Shown here one piece after another: positions 19,735-29,497 of a stretch of DNA of 64,000 bases. Where the stretch lies: contig JACFNL010000008.1 of NCBI GenBank assembly GCA_019454875.1, positions 1,567 to 65,566 of the forward strand. Reading direction: 5' to 3'. Source of the DNA: Candidatus Cloacimonadota bacterium. Lineage in GTDB: Bacteria > Muiribacteriota > UBA6191. Made by a program: the position numbers and the translations under genes. Each line of letters starts with the position of its first letter. The first letter of the stretch is position 1. Below the pieces are notes generated by a model, which did not search any database, was not told where the DNA came from, and saw only the letters and a program-made list of their open reading frames with translations.

Positions 19735-20949
19735 CTATGTCCTTGGCGGGCTTGACTCAGTGGATACTGAATCTACGGAAGTAATAGATTCCATGGATGG
19801 AATGGAATCTGTCAAAGGCTTAAATTTAGAAAAATATTCGGATTGATTCAAATCTTCAAACTCAATTTGATGTCCATTTAATATCCATAAGCGGCTCTCA
19901 AGTACATCGGACTCTGAACTAACAAAAAAGTTGATTTTCTTTTTGTATTCAGGCACTGGAATATACTCCCCTGCCCCAGCCATGGTTCTGAATGAAATTT
20001 TTTCCCTGTCCATATCTCCAAATGCCATCAGAAGTTTCACAAAAAGTTCAACCGGTATGGTTGTGTCCACATCCTTGTACAAATCAAGAATAAAACCAGG
20101 CATTCGGCCCAAAACTTTCAGGGAATCCCAGCCTATGGTTTTTAAGGATTTTACCCGAGCTAAAAAGGCTGCAATAAACTTTTTCTGCCTCTCAATCCGT
20201 CCCAGATCTCCTAGTCCATCACTGCGGTAACGGACATATCCTTCGGCATTCTCTCCATTTAATACCTGAAGCCCCTTGTCTATATTTATGGTTAAGCCCT
20301 GAGCTTTATCAGTGTATTTCAGATCCTTTTCCACATCCACTTCAACCCCACCCATGGCATCAATGATCTTACGAAAAATAACCAGATCAATCACCACGGT
20401 ATGATCGACTGGAATTCGTAGAAACTCCTGAATGGAATGAGTCAAAAGTTCAAGCCCTCCCCAGCGAAAGGCATGGGATACCTTATCCATGACTAAATTG
20501 CCTTTATGGGCAGTCAAAACCCTTGTATCCCTTGGAAAACTCAGAATACGGATTGTACCCGTATCAATCTGCATGTGGCATAAAATAATTGTATCCGCTC
20601 TTCCATCATCCTCTTTGCCTAAAATCAGGATGGTATAACTGGTTTTTGGTTTTGTTTTTGGTATCTCAACCTCCGGTGAACTTGGGGAGGCTTTCATGAT
20701 GGGCTGTGGCAAAGACCGAATTGCAGCAACCTCATTCTCGGAGCGGCTGACTAAAACATTGATCCACAAAAAAACTGTCGCCATCATCAGAATCAAAAAC
20801 ATCAGAATGCGATTTCTGTAAGGCTTACGAGTACTGGCTGATGGTGTTTTTTTGAGATCCACGAGATCAAACTGGGATGGTCTATGGGCAATTCCCGGAA
20901 AATCAGGAACAAGATACAGAAGTTTTTTAAAGACTCCCTTAAGCTTCAT
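19735..20949 (-). CDS. LCP (LytR-CpsA-Psr) family glycopolymer phosphotransferase
   Basis: N-terminal TM anchor, RADTIILCHMQ, SFPRDTRV, MDKVSHAF, GGVEVDV, GRIERQKKFIAAFL are LCP-domain hallmarks. Confidence 0.8.
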   Translation of the reverse strand: MKLKGVFKKLLYLVPDFPGIAHRPSQFDLVDLKKTPSASTRKPYRNRILMFLILMMATVFLWINVLVSRSENEVAAIRSLPQPIMKASPSSPEVEIPKTKPKTSYTILILGKEDDGRADTIILCHMQIDTGTIRILSFPRDTRVLTAHKGNLVMDKVSHAFRWGGLELLTHSIQEFLRIPVDHTVVIDLVIFRKIIDAMGGVEVDVEKDLKYTDKAQGLTINIDKGLQVLNGENAEGYVRYRSDGLGDLGRIERQKKFIAAFLARVKSLKTIGWDSLKVLGRMPGFILDLYKDVDTTIPVELFVKLLMAFGDMDREKISFRTMAGAGEYIPVPEYKKKINFFVSSESDVLESRLWILNGHQIEFEDLNQSEYFSKFKPLTDSIPSMESITSVDSVSTESSPPRT

Positions 20950-21523
20950 ACAATCTGGAGTTAGCCGTACAAAGCCAGTTCCAGCATCCTAGACTGTCGT
21001 AATGCAAAGGCTGCCCCTTCTGCATGGTGTACATAAGTTTAGCCTGTAAAATTTTTTTCATGGCAGAACCAATATCCTGTAAAGCCAGCTTCATATCCAT
21101 CGGGTCATAAAACTCCCTGCCCGGTTCAATCTGATCTGCTACATACAACACCATATCGGACAAACTCATGTTTTCCCTTCCAGTTGTATGCCAGCGAATT
21201 GGTTCTGCCCATTCTTCTGGTAGATTAAATTCATGAATGGCTAGATAATGAGCTGTTTTTGCATGCCACAATGCAGGAGATTTTAAAGTCATAAGATCAG
21301 GTTTGACTTCCTCAAGAAGTTTTAACTGCTGTGGTTTAGGCAATTCCTTGGTTCTGTCATGTAATATAGCCGCCATTTTAATTGGCAATGGATCCAGATC
21401 ATAGTTTTTGGCCAGAGTTACAGCAGTGTCAACAACTCCAAGGATATGCAAAAATCGAGGTGCAGAAACCGAGTTTTTTACTACCTCAAGGGCCTGGTTA
21501 CAGCGATTTTCCCAGTTCATCAT
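20939..21523 (-). CDS. yqeK: HD-domain phosphohydrolase, YqeK-like
   Basis: HILGVVDTAVTLAKNYDLDPLPIKMAAILHDRTKE matches the YqeK H...HD motif layout; 194 aa. Confidence 0.65.
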   Translation of the reverse strand: MMNWENRCNQALEVVKNSVSAPRFLHILGVVDTAVTLAKNYDLDPLPIKMAAILHDRTKELPKPQQLKLLEEVKPDLMTLKSPALWHAKTAHYLAIHEFNLPEEWAEPIRWHTTGRENMSLSDMVLYVADQIEPGREFYDPMDMKLALQDIGSAMKKILQAKLMYTMQKGQPLHYDSLGCWNWLCTANSRLYEA

Positions 21524-22493
21524 TTAACAGCATCTCTAAAATCTGTGCTCTGTTCATCAGAGGAACACAGTCCGATTTATACACATTCTCAGGTACCTGC
21601 TTAGGTCTTTGCTGAAAACCAACCACCAGCATATCCTCCATCTCATGACACATGGAGCGTTCATTCTCAAACAGGAGTTCCTCATGCATTTTTTCGCCTT
21701 CACGAACCCCAACCACATCAATAGGCACGGACAACAAACCGCGAGCCCTGGCAAATTCTGTGTTGATGACAGACACCAGATCTCCCATACGGACCGAGGG
21801 CATTTTCATGATAAAAATTTCGCCCCGCGAGGCCAGTTCAGCACCCTTTAACACAAGGCTCACAGCCCTTTGCATGGTCATCAGAAACCGGGTCATATCC
21901 GGATGGGTCAGGGTCAGGGGATTTCCCTGCTTTAACTGCTCAAAAAATAAAGGCAGAACGGAACCTCTTGTTCCCAGCACATTTCCGAAGCGGACACAGG
22001 AAAAAACGGTGCGGCGGCTACCCTTGTAACGGTGGGCTGTACGCATCAGCTTTTCGGCCAGAAGTTTGGTGGTTCCCATGGTATTGACCGGATTTACAAC
22101 CTTATCGGTTGATATCAATACTACTTTTTCCACATTCATCTTCATGGCTACTTCAATCACATTCTGGGTGCCAATCACATTGGTTTTGACAGCTTCAAAC
22201 GGGTTGTCCTCACAGGAAGGTACCTGTTTTAAGGCAGCAGCATTAAACACATAGTCCGCACTTTCCATAGCCATAGTCAATCGTTCCTTGTCACGGATAT
22301 CCCCTAACAAAAAGCGAATTCTGGGATTATGGCCCAAGGACTGGGCAAGTTTATACTGCTTGTATTCATCCCGGGACAAAACCCGGACTGAAGCAGGGTT
22401 CTGATCAAGTATGTCCCTTACCAGAGAACCACCAATTGAGCCGGTGCCCCCTGTTACCAGGATATTTTTCCCTTTGAGAAAATCAGATCCCAT
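21498..22493 (-). CDS. pseB: UDP-N-acetylglucosamine 4,6-dehydratase (inverting), PseB/FlaA1-like
   Basis: ILVTGGTGSIGGSL Rossmann motif, STDKVVNPVNTMGTTK, FGNVLGTRGSVLPLF; 331 aa as for PseB. Confidence 0.8.
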   Translation of the reverse strand: MGSDFLKGKNILVTGGTGSIGGSLVRDILDQNPASVRVLSRDEYKQYKLAQSLGHNPRIRFLLGDIRDKERLTMAMESADYVFNAAALKQVPSCEDNPFEAVKTNVIGTQNVIEVAMKMNVEKVVLISTDKVVNPVNTMGTTKLLAEKLMRTAHRYKGSRRTVFSCVRFGNVLGTRGSVLPLFFEQLKQGNPLTLTHPDMTRFLMTMQRAVSLVLKGAELASRGEIFIMKMPSVRMGDLVSVINTEFARARGLLSVPIDVVGVREGEKMHEELLFENERSMCHEMEDMLVVGFQQRPKQVPENVYKSDCVPLMNRAQILEMLLNDELGKSL

Positions 22494-22522
22494 TCTACTC
22501 CTCGTTCAAAAAACATGCCATT

Positions 22523-23671
22523 CTAACGGTTTATGGACATTCTGCCAACCATAGCCTTAGGAGGATAAGCAGGATTTTTACCGGTAGTTTTCATTATTCC
22601 ACCATTGCGGGCAGAATCATAGATAGACTCAATTAACTCAAGGGTACGAATTCCATCCCGCACAGATGCCAGGGATTCCACCTGCCCCTGTATGCCCAAA
22701 ACCAGATGATTCAGTCTTTCAAGATACGGGTTTTTAGCTTTAGGCAACAAAATGGGCATTTCTTCCAGAAAATACCCACCCTTTTGTCGTCTTAACCAGA
22801 CGGACTGAGAATTTCCATGCAGAATTCTGGCCTTCTCAAAACCCAGCTCCAGGGCAAAATGAAAATATTTTCTTTGTCCACCACACAAAAAACTGACGGT
22901 AGGTCCATCTTTGAAATACATACTGCCAAGGCAGGTATCTTCTGTATGAACCCTTTGTGAGGATCGGGTACAGATTGCCTGAACCCATCCAGGATCCCCT
23001 AGCAGAAATAAAACCAGATCTACCAGATGGGTGCCGTCATGAAGCATGGGGCCACCAAACTGAAGGTTGGCTTTTCGTTTTCCTTTACCCTCAGCAAAAG
23101 ATCCACAGTTAATCTCTATGCGTATGTGTTGTAATGCTCCAAATTTTCTGGATTGAATCAGCCTCTTAAAATACTGAAACTCCGTATAAAATCTGCGATC
23201 ATGACAGACCACAATAAAAGCCTTCATCTCATCACAAAGTGACTGAATCAACAAGGCTTCCCCAACATTCATTCCTACAGGCTTTTCCAAAAGAATTCCC
23301 AAAATAGTGGGATACAAACTCTGATATTTGGCCAGGGTTTTTATCACTTCAAGGTGTGAAGAAGAAGAGACAGCTACAGATACCACCGAGGGTCTGGTTG
23401 ATATCAGAAATTCCAGCAGGTTTTGGGATGCGATCTGGCTCTTTGGGTAATTTTTTAAAAATTCCTCAGCCGAATCAGGATCCTGATCATAACCACCAAC
23501 CAGTTCAAAATCAGGATGAGCTTCAAATGAACCTGCATGGGTACAGGGAGAGGCACGAAACCTGTCTCCTTCCAGAGAAAACCCAATCCGGCCCAGACCA
23601 ATAACTACGGACCTATACAAGGGAATACCCAATCCCGGCTTCCAGATCATCCAAAAAAAATACTTCTGCAT
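22523..23671 (-). CDS. Gfo/Idh/MocA-family NAD(P) oxidoreductase
   Basis: VVIGLGRIGFS dinucleotide fold at the N-terminus, 382 aa; true start may be downstream of the annotated ATG (overlaps the upstream gene). Confidence 0.55.
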   Translation of the reverse strand: MQKYFFWMIWKPGLGIPLYRSVVIGLGRIGFSLEGDRFRASPCTHAGSFEAHPDFELVGGYDQDPDSAEEFLKNYPKSQIASQNLLEFLISTRPSVVSVAVSSSSHLEVIKTLAKYQSLYPTILGILLEKPVGMNVGEALLIQSLCDEMKAFIVVCHDRRFYTEFQYFKRLIQSRKFGALQHIRIEINCGSFAEGKGKRKANLQFGGPMLHDGTHLVDLVLFLLGDPGWVQAICTRSSQRVHTEDTCLGSMYFKDGPTVSFLCGGQRKYFHFALELGFEKARILHGNSQSVWLRRQKGGYFLEEMPILLPKAKNPYLERLNHLVLGIQGQVESLASVRDGIRTLELIESIYDSARNGGIMKTTGKNPAYPPKAMVGRMSINR

Positions 23672-24584
23672 CCAGCTTAAGCATTTTTAATCCATCACGA
23701 ATTTGTGGTTCATAATTCATGCCAAGTCCTAATGCCCATTGCAAAAGATAGGTGGCAAAGTCTGCTCCTGAGGCAATTGTTAAGGGAATTCCACCTGAGA
23801 ATCGGGGATTAACCTCAAGAAAATAAAACTCATTCTCAAACTCAATACACTGAACATTCCATGGACCAGCAAGATTAAAATCTGGCGCAACATTTTTGAT
23901 AAGGTCAATCAGTTTGGTATTCTGAACTACAACTCCCACATCGGACACCCCGGAACGGACTTTTTTTCTTAGTCTTGAAACCAGGGCAACAGGCTTTTTG
24001 GCATCATCACAAAAGACATCAACCGTATACTCTGGGCCTGCCATAAATTTTTGTAAAAATGGGTGTTTCATCCTGGGAAGATTGGCTATCAAATCCTGAT
24101 TGGAGTTTAAAAGGTACTGATTGACGGATCCGAATCCAAAATCTTCTTTGAGGATCAGGGGGTAGTCAGAAACATCTTTTAAATCATCAAACACCTTAGG
24201 TACCTTAAGCCCTAATTTCTCAAATGCCGCGCTTCCAAGACTTTTTTGTAACCACGGTCTGTATTGAGCTGGATGGGAACATAATAGTCTGGCGGGAATT
24301 TCATCTGCGCGCTGCGACAGGTACAGAAGATCCAGATCATTACCTGGCAGAATATGGGTTATCTCATACTTTTGTATCAGGCAAAGAATTGCCAAATGGT
24401 GTTCATCACTAAAGGTTCTGGGAACTATTTCAAAAGCATCACAAAAAAACAGGGAAGGTGTATCCAATTCAATTTCTGTGCCTACTAAAAACAGAGATAC
24501 ATCCAGATTTTTTGCAGCACGACGCAGGTGGCGAATCAGACTTACTCTGCGCCCTGTACTTAAAACAAGGATTCGCATTTTCAT
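23613..24584 (-). CDS. ATP-grasp domain enzyme (carboxylate-amine ligase-like)
   Basis: MKMRILVLSTGRRVSLIRHL N-terminus and EYTVDVF...NPRFSGG C-terminal region typical of ATP-grasp enzymes found in sugar-modification clusters. Confidence 0.6.
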   Translation of the reverse strand: MKMRILVLSTGRRVSLIRHLRRAAKNLDVSLFLVGTEIELDTPSLFFCDAFEIVPRTFSDEHHLAILCLIQKYEITHILPGNDLDLLYLSQRADEIPARLLCSHPAQYRPWLQKSLGSAAFEKLGLKVPKVFDDLKDVSDYPLILKEDFGFGSVNQYLLNSNQDLIANLPRMKHPFLQKFMAGPEYTVDVFCDDAKKPVALVSRLRKKVRSGVSDVGVVVQNTKLIDLIKNVAPDFNLAGPWNVQCIEFENEFYFLEVNPRFSGGIPLTIASGADFATYLLQWALGLGMNYEPQIRDGLKMLKLDAEVFFLDDLEAGIGYSLV

Positions 24585-25510
24585 ACCTTTGGTCTTGGAT
24601 GATCCTCTGGCTGAAATGGAATATCACAGACGGCACAAAGCCCATGGCAGGACTTAAAACCATGATTTTTTTTCAGGTTTTCCTTGCGTTTGACTAAATA
24701 GGTTCTCAAATCAAGCATGGCCTGTGAATTCCAGGCAGCCATGACACCCTGTTCACTATTGCCCAAGGGATATTTGCCATCATAGTCCACACAACAGGGA
24801 ACAAAAGTTCCATCCCATAAAACTGCCATCGATCGCCAGGGATAGGAGCATACGGAATAATGATCCTCAAGATTCACATCCTTGAGTGAGTTTAAATATC
24901 CAGTCCAGTTTCTCCAGACCTTAACGGCAACTTCATCTGGGTTTAAGGCTTCCATTCTGGCCTTGAATTCAGGAAATGCGTCCCGGGTTTCCTCCATATC
25001 AATAATTTCAATCGAAATTCTGGTCTGAGACTGCATGGACTTTTTTATGGCAATAGCCGACTGTATATTTTTGAGTGTGGTTTCGTAATTACCCTTGACC
25101 CTCACACTCTCATAGATTTCTTTACTGATTCCTTCAAAGGAGATGGTGAGATAATCCAGTCCTGATTCAAACAACATTCTGGCCTTGTCCTCAAACAGAA
25201 AGGAAGCATTGGTATTCAGACGAATCTGAAGACCGTGCTCTTTGCCAAGCTTTAACATCTGTTCCAAGCCCTTATGCATCAAAGACTCACCTAAAAAAAA
25301 CAGATTGATCTTTTTGACCCCTGATTTGGCCGCATCCTCTATCAGTTTTTCATAAACTTCAAGGGACATAAATCCCTTTTTGCGGGTCTGATCCTTTTGA
25401 GGACAGAATACACAGGCTAAATTGCAGTGGTTGGTTGGCTCAATAAAAAGAGTGTAGGGCCCATCTGGCAGATACACTTCCCGGTTATGATACGCTTCTA
25501 TGTTTCGCAT
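24581..25510 (-). CDS. radical SAM protein with C-terminal SPASM-like Cys cluster
   Basis: Canonical CNLACVFC (CxxxCxxC) motif, FLGESLM (GGE-like); C-terminal CCVDYDG...CHGLCAVCD. Confidence 0.75.
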   Translation of the reverse strand: MRNIEAYHNREVYLPDGPYTLFIEPTNHCNLACVFCPQKDQTRKKGFMSLEVYEKLIEDAAKSGVKKINLFFLGESLMHKGLEQMLKLGKEHGLQIRLNTNASFLFEDKARMLFESGLDYLTISFEGISKEIYESVRVKGNYETTLKNIQSAIAIKKSMQSQTRISIEIIDMEETRDAFPEFKARMEALNPDEVAVKVWRNWTGYLNSLKDVNLEDHYSVCSYPWRSMAVLWDGTFVPCCVDYDGKYPLGNSEQGVMAAWNSQAMLDLRTYLVKRKENLKKNHGFKSCHGLCAVCDIPFQPEDHPRPKV

Positions 25511-26477
25511 GTTCTAATACCTGCCTTAAGATGGCATAAGCCCCCTGGCCAGCCTCATATTGTGAAAATCGCCTCTGGAATTCTACACGCATTGCATCAT
25601 GATTTTGCATAAAAATATGCTCTTTTAAACACATTTTGTAAAAGTTGTCCTGAATTCCAAGATTCACAGCCAGACCTTTGTCGCTTAGCTCTTTGATTAC
25701 TTGGGCCTGTTCTTCATGCTGGGCTATCAGAAGTGGCACAGAACCACATTTAAGAACTTCATAAGCCGTAATACCCCCACTAGCAATCACAAAATCCGAG
25801 CCACGAAAATAAGGTCTGAGATCGGTTACTCCTGCCCGAAAATCAAACATTGGATATAAAGACTTCAAAGCAGTCTGTCTATCCAGGGAAAAACCAGGTC
25901 CCAAAAATATAAGAAACCGATTTACATCAACGGGGAGTGAAACCAGATATGGCAAAAGAATTTCAGTCAGACCAAAAGGATCTGAGCCTCCAAACGACAC
26001 GGGAACTTTTCCTGGTTCCAGTACAAGAGGTTTTTCTTCCTCATCATCAAACACAAACCACTTGATTCCGATCCATTCCTGACATTTTCCAATCCTTTGT
26101 TCCCGAGCACTGACCCCAAGAAGGGTACTGACAAAATGCAAATCAAACTCTTTGCGCATTTCCCCTAGTTCATCCAGGCCAACAACCAGGCAAAAGGGAT
26201 CCAATGCATTAAGATACTGCCGGTTAAATCCATGATCGTCCACAATCAGAATCCGGTTGTTCTGGCCCAGATGCTTAAGATCAGAACTTGTCGGAATATA
26301 TCGATATTCAAATTTTGAATGGGTCAGTTCTGGGTTTCTGAACAAAAATGTTACTTTACCACCTAAAGACTCAAGCTTTTTGGCCAAAATCTCACAGCGG
26401 CGCAGATGCCCATATCCAACGGATTCCGAAAAGTCTGTGACAAAAAACCACTCAAAATCAGAAAACTCAGGCTTCAA
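25485..26477 (-). CDS. pseG: PseG-like UDP-sugar hydrolase (GT28 C-terminal-domain family)
   Basis: FVTDFSESVGYGHLRRCEILAKKL N-terminal motif typical of PseG; 330 aa. Confidence 0.6.
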   Translation of the reverse strand: MKPEFSDFEWFFVTDFSESVGYGHLRRCEILAKKLESLGGKVTFLFRNPELTHSKFEYRYIPTSSDLKHLGQNNRILIVDDHGFNRQYLNALDPFCLVVGLDELGEMRKEFDLHFVSTLLGVSAREQRIGKCQEWIGIKWFVFDDEEEKPLVLEPGKVPVSFGGSDPFGLTEILLPYLVSLPVDVNRFLIFLGPGFSLDRQTALKSLYPMFDFRAGVTDLRPYFRGSDFVIASGGITAYEVLKCGSVPLLIAQHEEQAQVIKELSDKGLAVNLGIQDNFYKMCLKEHIFMQNHDAMRVEFQRRFSQYEAGQGAYAILRQVLEHAKHRSVS

Positions 26478-27210
26478 ACAGCCCCTTCTGCTTAACAGAC
26501 TGATTCATCTCAAACAACTGAGGATTTTTAATATAAAGTTCTCTTAACGAGGGTAGTGTAATAGAAGCCGGCTCTAAATTAAGAGCTTCAGAAACCTGGT
26601 TCACCAGCTTAAGATCCAAATCAGAGTCCACGGTCAGTCTGAGATGGGCAATATCCTGATAACCAGCATCCAAGGGTACACGAATTGCTGTACTACCTTC
26701 TTCATAAAGGCCAGGGGTGACATGCTCAACCCAGTGGGCAGGCAGAGTCGGGCGGGAAAACATGCGTAAAAATGTGCTGCGACGAAATACCTCAAATCCA
26801 CAACCTAAAGGCAGTCCCGTGGGGCAGAGGTAATCACCACCCTCATCCTCTAGCCTTTTGATTGCATCCGACAAAAAACACTTCTGGGTCATTGGATTAT
26901 CCGCTGTGATGCGAATCAACCACTGAGCATCAGATACAAGAGCTGCATGATGAAATCTTGAAATGACCTGGGACTCTGAGCCCCGAAAAAGATTAAACCC
27001 CAAACGGTTTACCTCGGAAGCTACAGGATCATCCGATCGGCCCAGAACACCTAAAACCAGAGTCTGATCCGCGTTCAGACCAAAAAGAACCTGTGCCAGA
27101 AGAGTACTGCTACCAGCTCTCATCAATACCTTGCCGGGTAACCGGGAAGCCAGATAACGAGCCTGTACCAGAACCAGAACATCATTTCTTGAACTAAAAT
27201 CTGTTTCCAT
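26467..27210 (-). CDS. cytidylyltransferase, SpsF/PseF (CMP-nonulosonate synthetase) family
   Basis: VLVQARYLASRLPGKVL matches the R-x-G-S-x-R-L-P-x-K motif of acylneuraminate-type cytidylyltransferases. Confidence 0.6.
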   Translation of the reverse strand: METDFSSRNDVLVLVQARYLASRLPGKVLMRAGSSTLLAQVLFGLNADQTLVLGVLGRSDDPVASEVNRLGFNLFRGSESQVISRFHHAALVSDAQWLIRITADNPMTQKCFLSDAIKRLEDEGGDYLCPTGLPLGCGFEVFRRSTFLRMFSRPTLPAHWVEHVTPGLYEEGSTAIRVPLDAGYQDIAHLRLTVDSDLDLKLVNQVSEALNLEPASITLPSLRELYIKNPQLFEMNQSVKQKGLFEA

Positions 27211-27213
27211 GGT

Positions 27214-28089
27214 CTAAGGGTAACTTAAAGTGTTGAGAATCTCCAGTCGCTCTGGAAAAGAAGGGTTTCTTCCGTACCCCGAAAGCAAAAATACCAGTCG
27301 CCCTTCCGCGCGTAGGTACACCGTGTCCTCAATTTTGCGTGAAAACAGGCGATCGACCGCTGCGGTGGCTATGCCAAATGGACGCACTGGCATTTGCTTT
27401 TCAATGGTATCGGCAAATTCCTCTCTTAAAACAATATGTAATTTTTTTCCGGATAAAAACTCCACTAGAAGTCCGTCTAATGATGGGGATTCAGCAAACT
27501 GAAATGGGGTTGGCACAGAAGTTTTGACCCGAATCAACCAGAAAAATTCCTGGCTTTTCCATATGGGAATATCCAGGTTTTTGGAAACCTCCTGGGCGAT
27601 TCTTTCTGTATAATCACTATTTTTGGATAAAACCATCAGGTACGGTGGAAATAGTACTAACTCACCAAAGGATGTCACAAAAGCAGTGGGCACCTCGGAA
27701 TCTATCTGGACTTTTACCTCAGCTATTGTACTAAGACAACTCTGCCATGATTCAAACTGTATGAGGGCTGCGCTGATGATTGCACTGGATTCGCGGGAAC
27801 GGTATTCCGAAGCAATGGCCGAAACAAAACCCGTAAGTTTGGGGAAAGGCAGCATGGCCTGTAGTCTGATGGAATCAAGTAGTATGTCTCGACCAAACAG
27901 ATAAAGATCCCTGCTTTTACTCAATTCAAAGGGAGAGCGGGTGGAAGCGGACACAGCACTTTCACTAACATCTCCTGGATGCAAAATGGTTAGTGGTTTG
28001 TTGGAAATCAGAGTGCGATTGGCGTACCAGAAAAACAGACCGGCTATGGCCAGAATCCCAATGGCGAAGCCAAAAATAATCCGTTTCAC
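27214..28089 (-). CDS. membrane-anchored hypothetical protein (291 aa)
   Basis: Single N-terminal TM (IIFGFAIGILAIAGLFFWY); tightly packed between the rhomboid gene and the cytidylyltransferase. Confidence 0.45.
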   Translation of the reverse strand: MKRIIFGFAIGILAIAGLFFWYANRTLISNKPLTILHPGDVSESAVSASTRSPFELSKSRDLYLFGRDILLDSIRLQAMLPFPKLTGFVSAIASEYRSRESSAIISAALIQFESWQSCLSTIAEVKVQIDSEVPTAFVTSFGELVLFPPYLMVLSKNSDYTERIAQEVSKNLDIPIWKSQEFFWLIRVKTSVPTPFQFAESPSLDGLLVEFLSGKKLHIVLREEFADTIEKQMPVRPFGIATAAVDRLFSRKIEDTVYLRAEGRLVFLLSGYGRNPSFPERLEILNTLSYP

Positions 28090-29495
28090 TGGACCACCCT
28101 GCGTAACCCAAATCTCCCAATTAATGCTGCTTCCAGATTTTGCAGTTCCTTCAATTTCAGGGAAGCCTTTTCTTTTCGGTTTTCCAATGGCAGCTCACGA
28201 AGGCCCCACACCTCTTTGAGTTTATCCAAAAAACTTAAAAAGGCCTGTCTGTCCTCTTTGTCTTCAGGTATCCATTCCTCATGATATGGAAATTCCGATG
28301 GTTTCAGATTAGGGGTATCCGACATCAGTTCAGCCTCGAGCCTAATCAGAATCGGGGCGATGGATGTATTAATGATGTCTAAAAGTACCTTTTGTTCTTT
28401 CTGCCTAATCTGTACCTGATGAAAGACTTTCTGGGCATTTCGGTTCACTTCTTCATGTAGAACAATAAGGCCAATACTTAGAAAGACAAATACCATTCCC
28501 TTACGGAATTTTCCGGCCCTGCCCAAAAACAGAAACCCCAGTACAAATCCCGATATCAGACCACCTACATGAGACCAGATATCGATCTGAGGTATTAGAA
28601 GTGGCAAAAAACCATTCACGGCCAGGACGGTCCATAACGACTGCAACAGGCGTTTTCCCTGATATTCATGAAAAGGACCATATACGGAGAGGTTGCTCAT
28701 CAAAAAACTTAAAGAGCAGCCAACCAGACCAAACACCACTCCTGAGGCCCCAATTGAATTTAATGGTTTAGCATAAAAGCTCAAAGAGCATAAGGCACCA
28801 CAATATCCAGATATCAATAAAACCAGAATCATCTGTAAGGCACTTAAAAATCTCTCAATCAATGCTCCAAGAAAAAACAGGGAGATTGCATTCAAGAGAA
28901 AATGAACCATACCGGAATGTAAAAATATGCCCCCGAGCATGAGTGAAAGTTCATTGCTATGCCAGTTGTAGAGATTGATCCCGTAAACTTCCGAGGCATT
29001 TGTCCCCAATGTACTTAAATAACCCTGCCAGGCAAAGACTAGAGACAGGATTAAAAAATAACAATTGGTGATAAAAAGTTTCACAGGAGGCCAGGGTTTG
29101 CGTACCTTAGCGGACAATGCCGCATCAAGAACTGTACCTACCTGTTCGTCATCCCAGTTCCAGGAAATCTTGTGGATGTCTGCCTTACCCTTTTGATGAC
29201 GGGTACTGACAGCAGTACTTAGCTCCGTACATTCAAGATGCCAGACCACCAGACTCACAGGTACAGCCCTCTGTCTGAGGTGTTCCTGAATTTTCTGATC
29301 GAGCAAGGCAAAATCACAGGACTGCCTTAATCTGGTCAGATAAACCACACCAAGCTGCCATCCATCCGGCCTTGGCTGAAACAAAAACCAGGCAGAACCA
29401 TTATCCCCCATGTCCACTTTCCGGTATACTTCCAGAGAAGTTCCAAGCAAAATTGAGAGGTTCTGTGCGCTATTCAAGTCAGCTGATATATACAT
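28086..29495 (-). CDS. rhomboid-family intramembrane serine protease with ~190-aa N-terminal soluble domain
   Basis: GASGVVFGLVG (GxSG catalytic Ser), downstream H in a TM helix (WSHVGGLISG); six or seven TM helices in the C-terminal half. Confidence 0.7.
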   Translation of the reverse strand: MYISADLNSAQNLSILLGTSLEVYRKVDMGDNGSAWFLFQPRPDGWQLGVVYLTRLRQSCDFALLDQKIQEHLRQRAVPVSLVVWHLECTELSTAVSTRHQKGKADIHKISWNWDDEQVGTVLDAALSAKVRKPWPPVKLFITNCYFLILSLVFAWQGYLSTLGTNASEVYGINLYNWHSNELSLMLGGIFLHSGMVHFLLNAISLFFLGALIERFLSALQMILVLLISGYCGALCSLSFYAKPLNSIGASGVVFGLVGCSLSFLMSNLSVYGPFHEYQGKRLLQSLWTVLAVNGFLPLLIPQIDIWSHVGGLISGFVLGFLFLGRAGKFRKGMVFVFLSIGLIVLHEEVNRNAQKVFHQVQIRQKEQKVLLDIINTSIAPILIRLEAELMSDTPNLKPSEFPYHEEWIPEDKEDRQAFLSFLDKLKEVWGLRELPLENRKEKASLKLKELQNLEAALIGRFGLRRVVQ

Positions 29496-29497
29496 GG

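Noticed and set aside
29372-29497. 5' part of ORF 29372..30067 overlapping the rhomboid gene start on the opposite strand
   Set aside because: A 124-bp antisense overlap with a confident gene is unlikely. The start was moved to the first ATG past the rhomboid start (29498), and even that ORF is low-confidence.
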